A DNA stretch of 64,000 nucleotides from contig JBHGNT010000004.1 of assembly GCA_043228905.1 (NCBI GenBank), positions 9,300,001 through 9,364,000 of the forward strand. Reading direction: 5' to 3'. The DNA comes from Azolla caroliniana (lineage: Eukaryota > Plantae > Polypodiophyta). Below the pieces are notes generated by a model. It did not search any database and was not told the DNA's origin. It saw only the letters and a list, made by a program, of their open reading frames with translations. The translations under genes and the position numbers were made by a program. This document shows, one piece after another, positions 1 through 12,503 of this stretch; position 1 is the first letter of the stretch; the number at the start of each line of letters is the position of its first letter.

Positions 1-29
1 TGCTTTCGAGATACAAATTGTCATGATAT

Positions 30-92
30 GGCAATACTCGAACCCATGACCTTATGTTACATGGGTCGAGCTCTTGACCATTAGACTATTTG
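30..92 (-). promoter_or_regulatory. tRNA-like Pol III A-box/B-box cassette in U3 of element A LTR (second copy ~27710-27770)
   Basis: Minus strand reads TAGTCTAATGGTCAAGA...GGTCATGGGTTCGAGT; A-box start to B-box start is 44 nt, as in tRNA positions 8 to 52. Confidence 0.75.
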
Positions 93-164
93 CTGTAATA
101 CAAAGGATATTATTTTCATTTAAGTTTTACTATAGAAAATTGACATATATTCCAGATTTCTCTG

Positions 165-182
165 GAACATTCTAGAAACTTC
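165..182. promoter_or_regulatory. Perfect heat-shock element (4 nGAAn units) ~20 bp upstream of the element A TATA box
   Basis: GAAcaTTCtaGAAacTTC; three units are retained in the 3' LTR (~27843-27855). Confidence 0.6.
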
Positions 183-579
183 AGGAGTACTCCTGAGAAA
201 ACTATAAGAGGTACAAGGAATTATTTCGAGCCAAATTGGTTCAACGCCAGTCTTAAGCCTCCTCTAACTACTATTGTATATTCTCTTAACATAATATATA
301 TCTTTTGTTATCATCATTCTCTCTCTCGATCTCTCGATCTCACTCACTCTTTCCTTCTCTCGAGAGTTCTACACCTCCCTTAGTACTAATCCTCATCTTT
401 TAGTACTAATTCTTTATGTGTCTTAGTATTGTTCTCTATCTTAGTACTGCTCCTGACAGTACTTCTCTTAGTACTGCTCTTGACAATTTGAACCGATTTT
501 GCTCTCCTTCCTTCTCTTCCTTTATCTTCTTACTTCCCTCCCTTCATACTAATCTCTTATTAATCTTTTCTCTCATACT

Positions 580-1731
580 ATGGCCATTGTTAGCGCTCAA
601 GAATATCAATCCGTTTTTTAGGAGTTGCAATGCTTAAAAGAGAAGTTTCTGGCATTGGAACAAGAAAATCAACGACTATTGGGGGAGCTTCAACAAATCT
701 CCTTAGAGAAGCAGCAGATGCAACAACAACACGGGGAACTAGCATTACACATGCAACAACTCGAAGCAACCATAGTAGCAATGCAACAACAAGGACCCAG
801 TACGCAAGGGGTTCATAAAGAACCCAAGATCGGTCTTCCCATGAAATTCGATGGAATGCGATCACAGTTTAGAAGATTCCTTAATCAAGTACGATTAGTC
901 ATTCAAATGCATCCTTCCCGAGATCCCACCAATGCATCACGAGGGGGTTTAATAGGCACGTTGTTAAGTGGCTCAGCTTTGGTATGGTTCGCTCCATTGT
1001 TAGAAAAGGAATCTCCTTTACTAAACAATTTTGAAGAGTTTTTAAGTGAGTTTAAAGCTTGTTTTGGAGACACTGACAGCATAAGGACAACAATCAACAA
1101 AATCCAACGATTACGTCAAGGTGATCGTCCAGCCTCCGCATACACTGCAGATTTTCACCTACTCGCCTCCAATATCCCCTGGGATGACCAAGCACTTATG
1201 GAGCAATTTCGTTATGGTCTACATAACGATGTCAAGGATTTACTCTTGACCTTCCCCGAAGAAACAAATTCATGGACAGAAGCAATCAGTCACGCGGTGA
1301 GATGCGACAATCGTCTTTTCGAACGACGTTCGGACCGTCAGTTCCAGATGCCAAGGGCAAGATCAGAGCTCACCTATGCCTCAGTGGTAGAAAAACCTTT
1401 TCCAAGGGAGTCACATAATGCGTCTCCAGTTAATACTCCAACTCCGATGGAAATTGACACTACACGTCGTCGTGGACCATTATCGGAAGAAGAAAAACAA
1501 CAACGTCGAGCAAATCGACTACGTCTTTATTGCAGTGGACTAGGGCATATTGCAGTGAACTGTCCCCATAGGCCAAGAAGACAGGTGAACCAAATAGTTG
1601 CTAGTCCTAATTGTACTAAACCCAAGTCTATTTCAGTAGGAATATCTGATAGTCCTAATAGGACTAATAGTCCAAATCTATCAAACAAATTTGATGTCCT
1701 TAGTCAAATAGATGAAGAGTTAAACGATTAA
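580..1731 (+). pseudogene. gag of element A (coiled coil, capsid, degenerate CCHC knuckle); early in-frame stop
   Basis: ORF 625-1731 KEPKIGLPMKFDG...FLNQV...WDDQAL...LYCSGLGHIAVNC; ATG at 580 followed by TAG at ~619, where paralog B has TCG. Confidence 0.88.
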
Positions 1732-1770
1732 GTCCAGCCAAAATAGGAGTCGTTTGGTTAGACAGCCCTA
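1719..1770 (+). promoter_or_regulatory. -1 ribosomal frameshift signal gag/pol of element A
   Basis: G TTA AAC heptamer, 6-nt spacer, stem GTCCAGCCAAA/TTTGGTTAGAC; the protease is in the -1 frame. Confidence 0.65.
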
Positions 1771-2525
1771 GATCTGTGCAGCTCATTAGTGGTTTCATTC
1801 CCTCTAAGCAAGTTAACAATGTGTTCTTAGCCCAAGTAACCGTTAGTACTAAAAGTACCTCTCCAGTACATGTCTCAACACTCCTAGATTTCGGAGCTAA
1901 TTCTTGCTTCATGGATAAGAATTTTGCCCAAGCTCATTAGATATCCCTAAGAAAACTCCCGTGTCCAGCCTCTATAGTAGTCATTGATGATCGTCCTATT
2001 GCTTCCGGTGTCATGAAGATCCGTCACTACGTGCGGATCGTGAGGCGGAACCGCCGGGGTTCTGGATTGGAAGGACTCGAAGTTTGCACAAGCTTTAGCG
2101 AGAAAGGAATTAAGATAGATTCAGAGAGAGAGATTGAGATAAGATAGAACGAGTGACTTTAGATTGAGAGAGATTAAGATTGAACTCTTGACTTTACATT
2201 TGAAGAACAAGATTGATACATCAATTGGATATTGAATTTCTTACTTTTAATTTATTGATTAATACATCAATTGGATAACAAATTTTCTTCTTAATATTAA
2301 TTTTGATATAAAGTACAAAGCTCCCTTTGATATTTTTCATCCACCCTTTTATAGATGCTCCCATGCATATGATGCATGTGAGGGTACAAGACATGCATAC
2401 AATGCATGGAATGCATGTGATGCATGTTTGTCATTTGGCGCTCATGCATCACATGTCACTCAATCGAGCTCTAATATGAGAATTTACATGTAAAGCTATA
2501 ATAATAAAAATATAATACCTAAAGA

Positions 2526-2590
2526 AATGACTTGGCTTAATGGTAAGCCTATTATTTCCTATCCTGGAGGTGTAAAGTTCGAGTTTTTCT
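2526..2590 (+). promoter_or_regulatory. tRNA-like A/B-box cassette in element C LTR (second copy ~23725-23790)
   Basis: TGGCTTAATGGTAAG...GGAGGTGTAAAGTTCGAGTTTTT; antisense to C; ~190 bp upstream of the C TATA box (~2345-2354). Confidence 0.65.
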
Positions 2591-4813
2591 TACATCTTTT
2601 TCTTTTATGCACAAAATACTATTAGGCTTTTGGACCAAATATCTTTGAGACACCATGCACCGCGATCAACCGACCCGACCGATCCATCTAATTTGCATCT
2701 GTTTGTCCAGCCCAGTCCGCATCCCGAGTCGCTTGCCGGTAACCGTCTGGTCGCCGGTTGCTGCCGGTTTTGGTTGGCCAAAAACTTTTACAAGTCACTT
2801 GCCAGTAACCGGCTGGTCGTTGCTTGCCGCCGGCTCACCGGTTCCATCGTCGGTTGCCGCGTATTGGCTCGTACTTTATCGAATACATCGGCATAATGAT
2901 GATAGTTCTTTGGAAGCTGAACGGTGGACTCCTCTTTAATGGTGTCGGAGGGTTTTAGTGATATTGCGAAGAGAAACATTTCTTCCTTGCGTCCTTCTTC
3001 CCGCAACTGATGTAGTGAAATGGTGGCAATCTTCTGAGTAGATCCTCGGGTTTGTCAACACTGGATTTCTCTTGTTCTCCAATCTATGTCTGGGTTATGT
3101 AACTCGAACCATGGTAATCCCAAAACGATGGGATGTTCTGGGATACTAATAATGTTAAATGATACTACACATGCTAAGTTATCTAGGACAATATTAACGG
3201 GTTCTGACTCTTCTATGATATTTCCGGAAGCAATGGGACGACCATCAATGACGACTACAGAGGCTGGACACGGGAGTTTTCTAAGAGATATCTGATGAGC
3301 TTGGGCAAAATTCCTATCCATAAAGCAAGAATTAGCTCCGGAGTCTAGAAGTGCTAAGACGTGTACTGGAGGGGTACTTTTAGTACTAACTGTTACTTGG
3401 GCTATGAATACATTGCTAACTTGCTTAGAGGGAATGGAACCACTAATGGGATGCACAGATCTAGGGTTGTCCAACCAAACGGCTCCTATTTTGGCTGGAC
3501 TTAATCGTTTAACTCTTCTTCTAACTGACTAAGGACATCAAATTTGTTTGTTAGATCTAGGCTATTAGTACTATTAGTACTATCAGATATCCCTACTTTA
3601 ATAGGCTCGGGTTTAGTACAATTAGAACTAGCAACTATTTGGTTTACCTGTCTTCTTGGCCTATGGGGACAATTTATTGTGATGTGTCCTGGTCCACCGC
3701 AGTAGAGACATAGTCGATTTGTTCGGCGTTTACTGCTTTTCTTCTTCGGATAATGGTCCTCGACGACGTGTAGTGTCAATCTCCATCAGAGTCGAAGTAT
3801 TCACTGGAGGCGCATTATAGTACTCCCCAAGTAAAGGTTTTGCTACCATTGAGGCGTAGGTGGGCTCTGATCTTGCCCTCGACATCTGTAGTTGTCGTTC
3901 CGAACGTCGCTCAAAGAGGCGGTTATCACATCTCACCGCACGATTGATTGCTTTTGTTAAGGACTTTGGCTCTTCAGGGAAAGTCAAGAGTAAATCCTTG
4001 ACATCGTTGCGTAAACCATAATGAAATTGCTCCATCAACGCTTGATCATCCCAAGGGATGTCAGCGGCGAGTAGGCAGAAATCTGCAGCGTATGCGGAGG
4101 CTAGACGGTCTCCTTGGCGTAATCGCCGGATTTTGTTGATTGCGGTCCTTATGCTATCAGTATCCCCAAAGCATGCTTTAAACTCACCTATAAACTCTTC
4201 AAAGTTGTTGAGTAATGGAGACTCCTTTCCCAACAGTGGAGCGAACCATGCCAACGTTGAGCCACTTAATAGCGTCCCTACTAAACCCACTGGTGATGCA
4301 TCGGTAGGATATCGGGAAGGATGCATTGAATAACTAATCGTACCTGATTAAGGAACCCTCTAAACTGCGATCGTGTTCCATCGAACTTCGTGGGAAGGCC
4401 AATCTTGGGTTCCTTATGAATCCCTTGTGTTCCGGGGCCTTGTTGTTGCATCGCTACGATGGTTGCTTCGAGTTGTTGCATGCGTAATGCAAGTTCCCCA
4501 TGTTGTTGCTGCATTTGCTGCTTTTCTAAGGAGATTTGTTGAAGATCCCCCAGCAACCGTTGATTTTCTTGTTCCAAAGCAAGGAACTTCTCTTTCAAGC
4601 ATTGAAACTCCGAGAAAACAGATTGATATTCCCGAGCGCTAACTGTGGCCATGGGATGAAAAGAAAAGAGGAATAAGAGATTAGTATGAAGGTAGAGAGA
4701 CAGAAGGGAAAATTGGTTCAAACTATCAGGAATAGTACTAAACAGAGAGAGAATTAGTACTAGAGAAGGGAAGTACTATTAGAACTAAGAGGACGGGACT
4801 GCATAAGACTCCC

Positions 4814-4828
4814 GAGAGAGAGAGAGAG

Positions 4829-4877
<49 letters not shown>

Positions 4878-4884
4878 GAGAGAG
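4814..4884. repeat. (GA)n microsatellite inside the element B LTR
   Basis: Long GAGAGA run. Confidence 0.9.
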
Positions 4885-5103
4885 ATGATGATAACTGATT
4901 ATATATTATAAGAAGAGTAAGTACAAAAGGTTTATGAGGCTAAAGACTGGCGTTGAACCAATTTGGTTCAAGATAATGCCTAGTGCCTCTTTTATAGTGT
5001 TCTCAGGAGTTATCTTGAAGCTTGTAGAATGTTCCAGAGAAATCTGGAATATACATTAATTTCCTATAATAAAATGTAAACGAAAATAATATCTTATGTA
5101 TTA

Positions 5104-5170
5104 TAATAGATGATATAATGGTGAGGAACTTGACCCATATAACCTAAGGTCATGGGTTCGAGTCTTGCCA
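5104..5170 (+). promoter_or_regulatory. tRNA-like A/B-box cassette in element B LTR
   Basis: TGATATAATGGTGAGG...GGTCATGGGTTCGAGTC, offset 44 nt. Confidence 0.7.
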
Positions 5171-5180
5171 TATCATGAGA

Positions 5181-6633
5181 ACAATCCTTTATTATGCTTC
5201 TCTCTTCGCCGCATGTATTAGTTTCGACCTTCGGTTCTTCGCCATCACCTCCCGTCTCTTGGGTCTTACATTGGTTCTCGGACGTAATTGCCCAAGTCTC
5301 TGGAACAAGTGTGGAGAAAATTTGGCCGTCATCATTGGTTGTATTATCTTGGTCCTTCTCTTCCTTTTTGCCACCATCCGTCTCTTGGATCTCATGTTGG
5401 TTCCCAGACGCAACTACCCAAGTCTCTAGATGAAATGTTAGGAAAGTCTCCACATGACCATCCGCCATCGGCTCGTTCATAGCCATCTCTGACTCGATGT
5501 CGTTTTTCGTGGCTATCTCTTCAATCTCATGGGCCTCGCACCCATTGACCCTCTTGATTGATCAAGCTTCGATTATCCTTCTCTCTTCGTCGCATGTATT
5601 CTTTTCGACCTTCCGTCTCTTGGTTCTCACGTTGGTTCTTTGACTCAACTACCCAAGTCTCTGGAACATGTGTGGAGAAAATCTGGCCATGGTCGTTGTC
5701 GACGCTTGTGTTCTTGTTCATAGTCACCTCCTCAATGTCGTTTTTAGCGGCTAGATCCTCAATTACACTAACCTCGGACTCTTTATCTCCGTTGATGCAA
5801 GCTTCGATTAGGCTTGCTTCTTCATCATCCGATGTTTCGAACATGACGCGCGTTCTGAAACATTCATCCTCCCTCTAAGTGGCCTTCTCCATCCCCGAGT
5901 CATCATCAATCTTCTTTTCATGTAGGTTGCTTTGTTTAGATGCCTCAACTTCTTTAAGTGTTCTTGATTTTTCTATGCTTGGTCTTACAAAGTCAATATC
6001 ATCAAGCCATTAATGACTCATGTCGATCTTGTTGCATGCTTGCTTCACCGCAACCCAGTCCGCTACAAGCCCGTTCGCTTGGGTATCATCTTCGAGGAGA
6101 GTCCCCAACTCTCTCCTATCCTTCATTTCCACAGCTTTCAAGAAGTACAAAGTCTTGTCCTCCTCAACTAGCACTTGGTCCATGGCGGGGAGACGACGAA
6201 ACATTTGGTCGAACTCATCGTACACCCTCGAGGCGCGCATCTTCTTATTTTTCTTCTCTAACCACCTCATTAAGGTATGTCGAGTCATCCTCGACAAATC
6301 TTCCATCGAGAACTCTACTAATATTGATCTTTCAAACTCTGACCACGTTGTCTTGCCTTCTTGAAGCTCGATGACACGTTTTTGGATGTTGTTGACAACA
6401 ACTCTCTTGAAGCTTGCGATTTGACGTGCTTCGGACACGTCCCTTTGATTCATCTCCCTTCTATATGCGTCAAGGACCTTCGTAATGTTCCTTCCGTCAA
6501 ATTGAACCTCGAGCTCAATGATACAGTCGACAGCCTTCTCCACGCTCGCATCGTTGTCTCGAGATCTCATCATTTGTTCGAAGATTATCATCATCCTTTC
6601 GAACTCTCCCGCTTGATTGCTTGAGGACGCCAT
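5181..6633 (-). pseudogene. Element C gag-like ORF (6633-6010) plus acidic ETxAV/ETQETEG repeat region (5844-5181), fragmented
   Basis: FDGRNITKVLDAY...FLKAV...GLVADW..VKQAC is homologous to gag of E and G; three FST.VPETW...ETQET repeats. Confidence 0.8.
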
Positions 6634-6669
6634 CTCCAAGTATTGGTCGATCCTCGACTTGATCCTTCC

Positions 6670-9600
6670 TGTCGAATACATGTGTATAATGGACGTATTC
6701 ACACTATCCTGTTTTGGCCATTTATGTAATTAGCATAAAGGGTAGTTGCCCTAAGTCGGTCACTATATATAGTGACCTTGTAACCTTTTTGTGAGGTTGG
6801 TTGTTGTATTCTTGTCTATTGGAATAAAGAGTTCTTTTGTGCCCCTCTCTCTCTCTCTCTCACTCTCTCACTCTCTCTCTGTGCAACGACATAGAAACAG
6901 TCATACGCAGGTATTCAGCAAGACTCGAATGCTCCTTGATCTTCCGCACAGACGACTTTGTCATCAACATCTGGTATCAGAGCTTGCACAGCATTCGGTC
7001 CTTCAATCCGCTGTCGGCCGTCGTCACCGCCTGCACAGCATTCGGTTCTTCACTTCATCACGGCCTGCACAGTATTCGCGTCATTCGAAGAAAGAGAGAA
7101 GAAGAACAAAAACGAGGTTTGCACCTCATCGCGTTAGATCCTCTTGCTTGGAGTAAGCCATCAGGTTGTACTCTGTTCCTTGTGATCGTAACCGCTCGAG
7201 GTGAAATCCCCTTGTGCATCATTGACACGATCGTGCTCCATTCGGTTAAACGGCATCCGAAAAGGTCATTAAACGCTGCTCGCTGCTCGTTGTAACCACT
7301 CGGTGCAGATCGGTCTCAAGACAACAACCCCAATTCGCGCTTCATCCGGCTGATCGACATTCGAGAGGATCAGTTGGATCTGTCTCTCTCGTCGCTGCAG
7401 CCACCCGAAGCAGAATCGGTCCAGATAATCGGTTTCAATAATCGGTATTCGGCAACATTCGGGAAGACCAGTCGGTTCTGTCCCTCAAGCTACCGAAGTC
7501 AATTCGAGCAAGTTCCGAAGCCGAACCGACTCGGGTTCAAATCCGACTAGAACGATATCGGGTGAGCCAACCGGCTGCACCCCAACAAGGTTCGTAGTCA
7601 ACTCCGAACCGAGCTTCGTCAACCGAAACCGAATTTGATGGCATCAACATCCGGCTCGTCAGAAATGAGTCTACGAAAGTTCGATGGATCGAACTTCAAC
7701 TTCTGGAAGGAGCAAATGCAGGACTATCTCATAGTCAAGGGGCAAATCGATCCCATCGAAAATGAAGAACCTCCAGAAGGATACAAACCAATTGAGTGGC
7801 AGAAGCTGGACAGAATTGTCCGCGCCACGAGTCGGATGCACCTATCGGAATCGGTATACTTTACGGTGCAATCGTGTACGACAGCATTCGAACTGTGGAA
7901 AACACTGTCGGACACTTACGAAAAGAAGGTCGCCGCAACGAAGATGTTTCTGATCCGGCGCCTCTACAACTTGCGGATGAAAGAATCCGATTCGGTTCAA
8001 GCACACCTCAATGAGTACGAAAGCATAAGCTCCCAAATCTCGTCACAGGGGATGGCAATCGAGGATGAACTCAGAGCAATGATACTCATGAGCAGCCTTC
8101 CCTCATCATGGGAAACTTTCGTCACAACCATGTGCAACGCGTCAACCACGGCTGTTAAATACTCCGAAGTCACGAGCGCAATCCTGACCGAAGCAGCTCG
8201 GAGAAAGTCTTTCGCCAAAGACTCAACAGACGACGCTTACGTAGTGCAAGGTTCGACAGACCGATCGAACATACGAGGAAGAGATTCCTCACAGCCGCCG
8301 AACAATCAGCGAAGACGGAGCCAGTCACGGGATAACCGAATCTGCAACTATTGCAAGAAACCCGGACACATCAAAGCCGACTGCCGCGCACTCAAGAACA
8401 AGAACAACAAGAAGAGTGGCCGGCATGAGGAGATCAATTACGTCAGCTTCTCAGCTGATGTACTACCGGACGACCCGAATATACTATCAATTGAAAATCC
8501 AGTCGGATCAGAAGTTCTACTCACGACTGAAGAATCGAGCACATGGCTCTTAGATTCGGGTGCGTCATTTCACGTGACTCCTCATCGATCCCAATTTCGG
8601 CAATATACGATCCGTCACTCCGACTCAGTTCGGGTCGGCAACTCGCAACACTGTGACATCATTGGAATCGGCACAGTAGAGCTCAACCTTGCAGGTGGCT
8701 CTACACTTGTACTTCACAATGTCCGACATGTACCCGAGCTCTCAAGGCCATTGATCTCGGTCGGACAACTAGATGAAGACGGCATTCGTGCCGGTTTTTC
8801 TTCGGGAGGGTGGACACTCCACAGGGGGAACCTCCTGCTTGCTAGAGGACCCAAGATACACTCACTGTATCCGTTACATGTTACGCTCAGAGAGGGTAAC
8901 CTATTTTTGGTGGATATTCCTGTGTCATCACTATGGCACAGAAGATTAGGACACCTCAGCAAGGCCGGCATTACGCACCTATCTAGAGCCGGATACATCC
9001 CTAAACTCTCCTTCTCCGACCATCAATTCTGCGAGCATTGCCAGTATGGCAAACAAGTAGCCGCATCACACCCGACATCAGCACCAAGAGAAACGAGACC
9101 TCTTGATTTGGTCCATTCGGACGTCTGTGGCCCAATGCCGCATCAGTCTCTAGGCGGTGCCTCTTACTTCGTCACTTTTATTGACGATTCGACTCGAAAG
9201 GTGTGGGCTTATCCGATTCGCACCAAAGATCGGGTCTTCTCGATCTTCTCAGATTGGCTCGCTATGGTAGAAAATCAAACCGACCGAAAACTGAAATGCT
9301 TTCGGACCGACAATGGGGGAGAGTTCAAATCAGAAGAATTCGTCAAATTCTGCCGACAACGCGGCATCCGACGTGAATTTACGGCACCACACAGTCCGGA
9401 GCAAAACGGGATTGCAGAACGAATGAATCGGACAATCCAAGAAAGGATAGTTTCCATGCTCCAACACTCCGGACTGTCGGATGGCTTCTGGGCAGAATTC
9501 CTCAGGAACTATGGATCGGCAGTAAGCCGAATTACGACAAGCTGAGGATCTTCGGATGCGAGGCGTACGCCCTTATTCCGAAAGATGATCGCCGAAAACT

Positions 9601-12083
9601 TGCACCTCGGTCCAGGAAATGCATTTTCCTTGGATATGGATCCGACGGCGAAATGGGATACCGACTCTGGGACCCCGAACGCAGGCAAATCGTTCGAAGT
9701 TCGGACGTTGTGTTCAACGAGTCGGCTATGAATCCATCAGTCGAAAAACCGATCGAAGTCCGAAGGGTAACGTTTTCCGATGTGCCGACCCTTCAAGAAG
9801 GCCCCTCTCTCAACACACGGTCAGCTTCACGGGTAGCTGAACCTTACACTACCGACTCGGACAACTCCGACTCGACACAGCAGAACAATCCGCTTTCGGA
9901 CCATCCGACCTCGATACCCGATGCGACCAGTCCAATCATACCTCGACGATCCGAGAGACTGTTGCAACCTCCGGAGAGGTATTCTCCTGGAATTTTCTTC
10001 ACCGACGCCGGCGAACCAACGTCTTACGAAGAAGCATCGACATCTGTCGATTCCGCCACCTGGCATCTGGCGATGGAGTCGGAAATGCACTCCATTCGGG
10101 CAAACAAGACCTGGGATCTGGTCGAATTACCTAGGAACCGACGTGCTCTTCCTTGCAAGTGGGTCTATCGACTAAAACAGACGTCTGATTCGACCACCCC
10201 AAAGTACAAGGCCAGATTAGTTGCGTAGGGCTTCTGACAAGAATATGGCGTCGACTTCGACGAGATTTTTTCACCAGTGGTGAAAATGACAACCCTTCGT
10301 TTTCTACTTGGCGTAGTGGCAGCCGACAACTTGGAGCTGATTCAGCTAGATGTCAAAACAGCCTTCCTCCATGGTGATCTCGAGGAGGAAATCTATATGG
10401 AGCAGCCAAAAGGCTTCGTGGCAACTGGCCAAGAACATCTAGTCTGCCGACTCAGGAAGAGTCTATACGGCCTCAAACAGGCACCACGACAATGGTACAA
10501 GAAGTTCGACGACTTCATCCAATCGATCGGCTTCTCCAAAAGCGATGAGGACCATTGTCTCTTCACCAACACAGCTCAAGATGGATCACCCATCTTCCTC
10601 ATCATTTACGTGGACGACATGCTAATTTCTGGACGCCACGCGGGCGAACTTGCCGATCTCATTCGGCAACTGCGGTTGAAGTTTGCCATGAAGGACCTCA
10701 GTCCGGCACGACACATACTCGGCATGAAGATTAGTCGGCATCGCGATAAACGACATCTTTTTCTGTCTCAGACCGACTATATCCGACGTGTCTTAGAACG
10801 CTTCAACATGCAATCAGCCAAATCTGCTTCAACCCCGCTCCCTATGAATCTTCGGCTCTCTCAGCGAGACTGCCCGACATCCGGTCCGGAGGGGGAAGAT
10901 ATGAAGTCGGTACCGTATGCACCGGCAGTCGGCTCCCTTATGTACCTGATGGTCGCGACACGGCCTGATATTTCTCACGCCGTAGGAGTCGTTAGCAGAT
11001 TTATGCACAATCCTGGCCGATCGCATTGGAACGCAGTCAAGCATGTGTTCAGATATCTGGCTGGCACAAAAGACCACGACATTCTTTTCGGTCCGAACCG
11101 AACCTCAGGCGTAGTCGGTTACACCGACTCGGACTTCGCTGGCTGTATAGACAGTCGGAAATCAACAACCGGATACTGCTTCAAATTCGGCAATGGAGCA
11201 ATCTCGTGGAAGTCGAAACTTCAGGAGTGCACAGCGACCTCAACGACCGAAGCAGAATATGTAGCTGCGTCCGACGCAGCAAAAGAAGCTTTGTGGCTCG
11301 GTCGGCTGGCGCACACGTTTCGACAAGTCGACCATGACTCGGCTCCAGTTGTCTACAGCGACAGTCAAGGTGCTGTTGCCTTGTCGAAAAATCCGGTTCA
11401 CCACAACGCCTCCAAACATATCGACGTTCGATATCACTTCGTTCGGGACTGCGTCATTTCAGGGAAAATCGGTCTAGAGAAAATATCCACAACCGACAAT
11501 GTCGCAGATGGAATGACCAAGTGTCTTTCGGCAGACCGTTTTCGGTCTCTTCGGCATCAGATGGGCGTAACGACAAACAAGTCCGGTTAGAGCCGGACAC
11601 AGAGCAGGATGGTTCCCGACAACCGACATCAGTTCCTTAATGATCGGCTTCAACTGTTCCGACCCGACCAGTTCGGTCTTCTGTCTTCGGACCCTGCCGA
11701 CTCGAACAAAGCTGATATGTCCGAGAACCTAAGTCTATACCTGTAATCTTAGATAACCCATGTATACGCCCATTACGGGGGAGTGTCGAATACATGTGTA
11801 TAATGGACGTATTCACACTATCCTGTTTTGGCCATTTATGTAATTAGCATAAAGGGTAGTTGCCCTAAGTCGGTCACTATATATAGTGACCTTGTAACCT
11901 TTTTGTGAGGTTGGTTGTTGTATTCTTGTCTATTGGAATAAAGAGTTCTTTTGTGCCCCTCTCTCTCTCTCTCTCACTCTCTCACTCTCTCTCTGTGCAA
12001 CGACATAGAAACAGTCATACGCAGGTATTCAGCAAGACTCGAATGCTCCTTGATCTTCCGCACAGACGACTTTGTCATCAACA
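6670..12083 (+). mobile_element. Copia-1: full-length Ty1/copia with identical 300-bp LTRs (6670-6969, 11784-12083) and defective pol
   Basis: TSD CTTCC; PBS TGGTATCAGAGC (tRNA-iMet) at 6972; PPT ACGGGGGAG; domain order gag-PR-INT-RT-RH. Confidence 0.97.
7638..11590 (+). pseudogene. Copia-1 gag-pol, disrupted
   Basis: CNYCKKPGHIKADC, LDSGAS, IDDSTRK, YVDD, KHIDVRYH; ~61-bp deletion at ~9495 relative to sister copies; stops at ~10226 and ~10235. Confidence 0.93.
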
Positions 12084-12098
12084 CTTCCTACCACCTCT

Positions 12099-12116
12099 TT
12101 CACGTCGGGTTCACCA
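12099..12116 (-). other. Primer binding site complementary to the tRNA-Trp 3' end (element C)
   Basis: TGGTGAACCCGACGTGAA is the complement of plant tRNA-Trp ...TTCACGTCGGGTTCACCA. The same PBS occurs at 15068 (one mismatch), 17930 and 57080-57097. Confidence 0.85.
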
Positions 12117-12503
12117 CTTAATTATGTCGTGAAGATCCGTCACTACGTGTGGATCGTGAGGTGGAACCGTCGGGGTTCTGAACCAGAAGGACTCGAAGTT
12201 TGCACAAGCTTTAGCGAGAAAGTGTCATGGACAAGTATAATAGAGTAGAACAAAGATAAGACTAGAGAATAAGAGAGAGTAAAAGAACAAGAACTCAACT
12301 TATAGAACCTGTAACTTGTGTTGTTCAACTTGATTAGAATCAAGGTGCACATGAGTATTTATATAAGAAGGTAGGGCTATGTAAGCCATCTAGAAATAGA
12401 GTATGCATGAGGATGCATGCAAGCTAGAAAATGAGAATACATGCAAGCTAGGAACTTCGAATGTTCAATCTACACTATATGAAGTTGAATTAAATGTAAG
12501 GAT

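Larger units (their letters stand above)
19..485 (+). repeat. 5' LTR of element A
   Basis: TGTCA...TGACA termini; TATA-like CTATAAG at ~202; homologous to 27699-27921 and, inverted, to 4724-5180. Confidence 0.88.
2859..5180 (-). mobile_element. Element B: truncated copy of the family A chromovirus (5' LTR 4724-5180, gag 4652-3501, protease to ~2860)
   Basis: Inverted homology to 19-2008; protease motif LLDSGANSCF; gag frameshifted; 3' part deleted and fused to the C LTR. Confidence 0.88.

Noticed and set aside
6634-6702. N-terminus MNTSIIHMYS of ORF 6010-6702
   Set aside because: Partly read from the inserted copia LTR; the likely start of C gag is the ATG at 6633.
6791-7295. ORFs spanning the copia LTR and leader (also 47422-48042) as extra or env-like genes
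   Set aside because: They start inside a microsatellite at non-ATG codons and their frames and content differ between sister copies.
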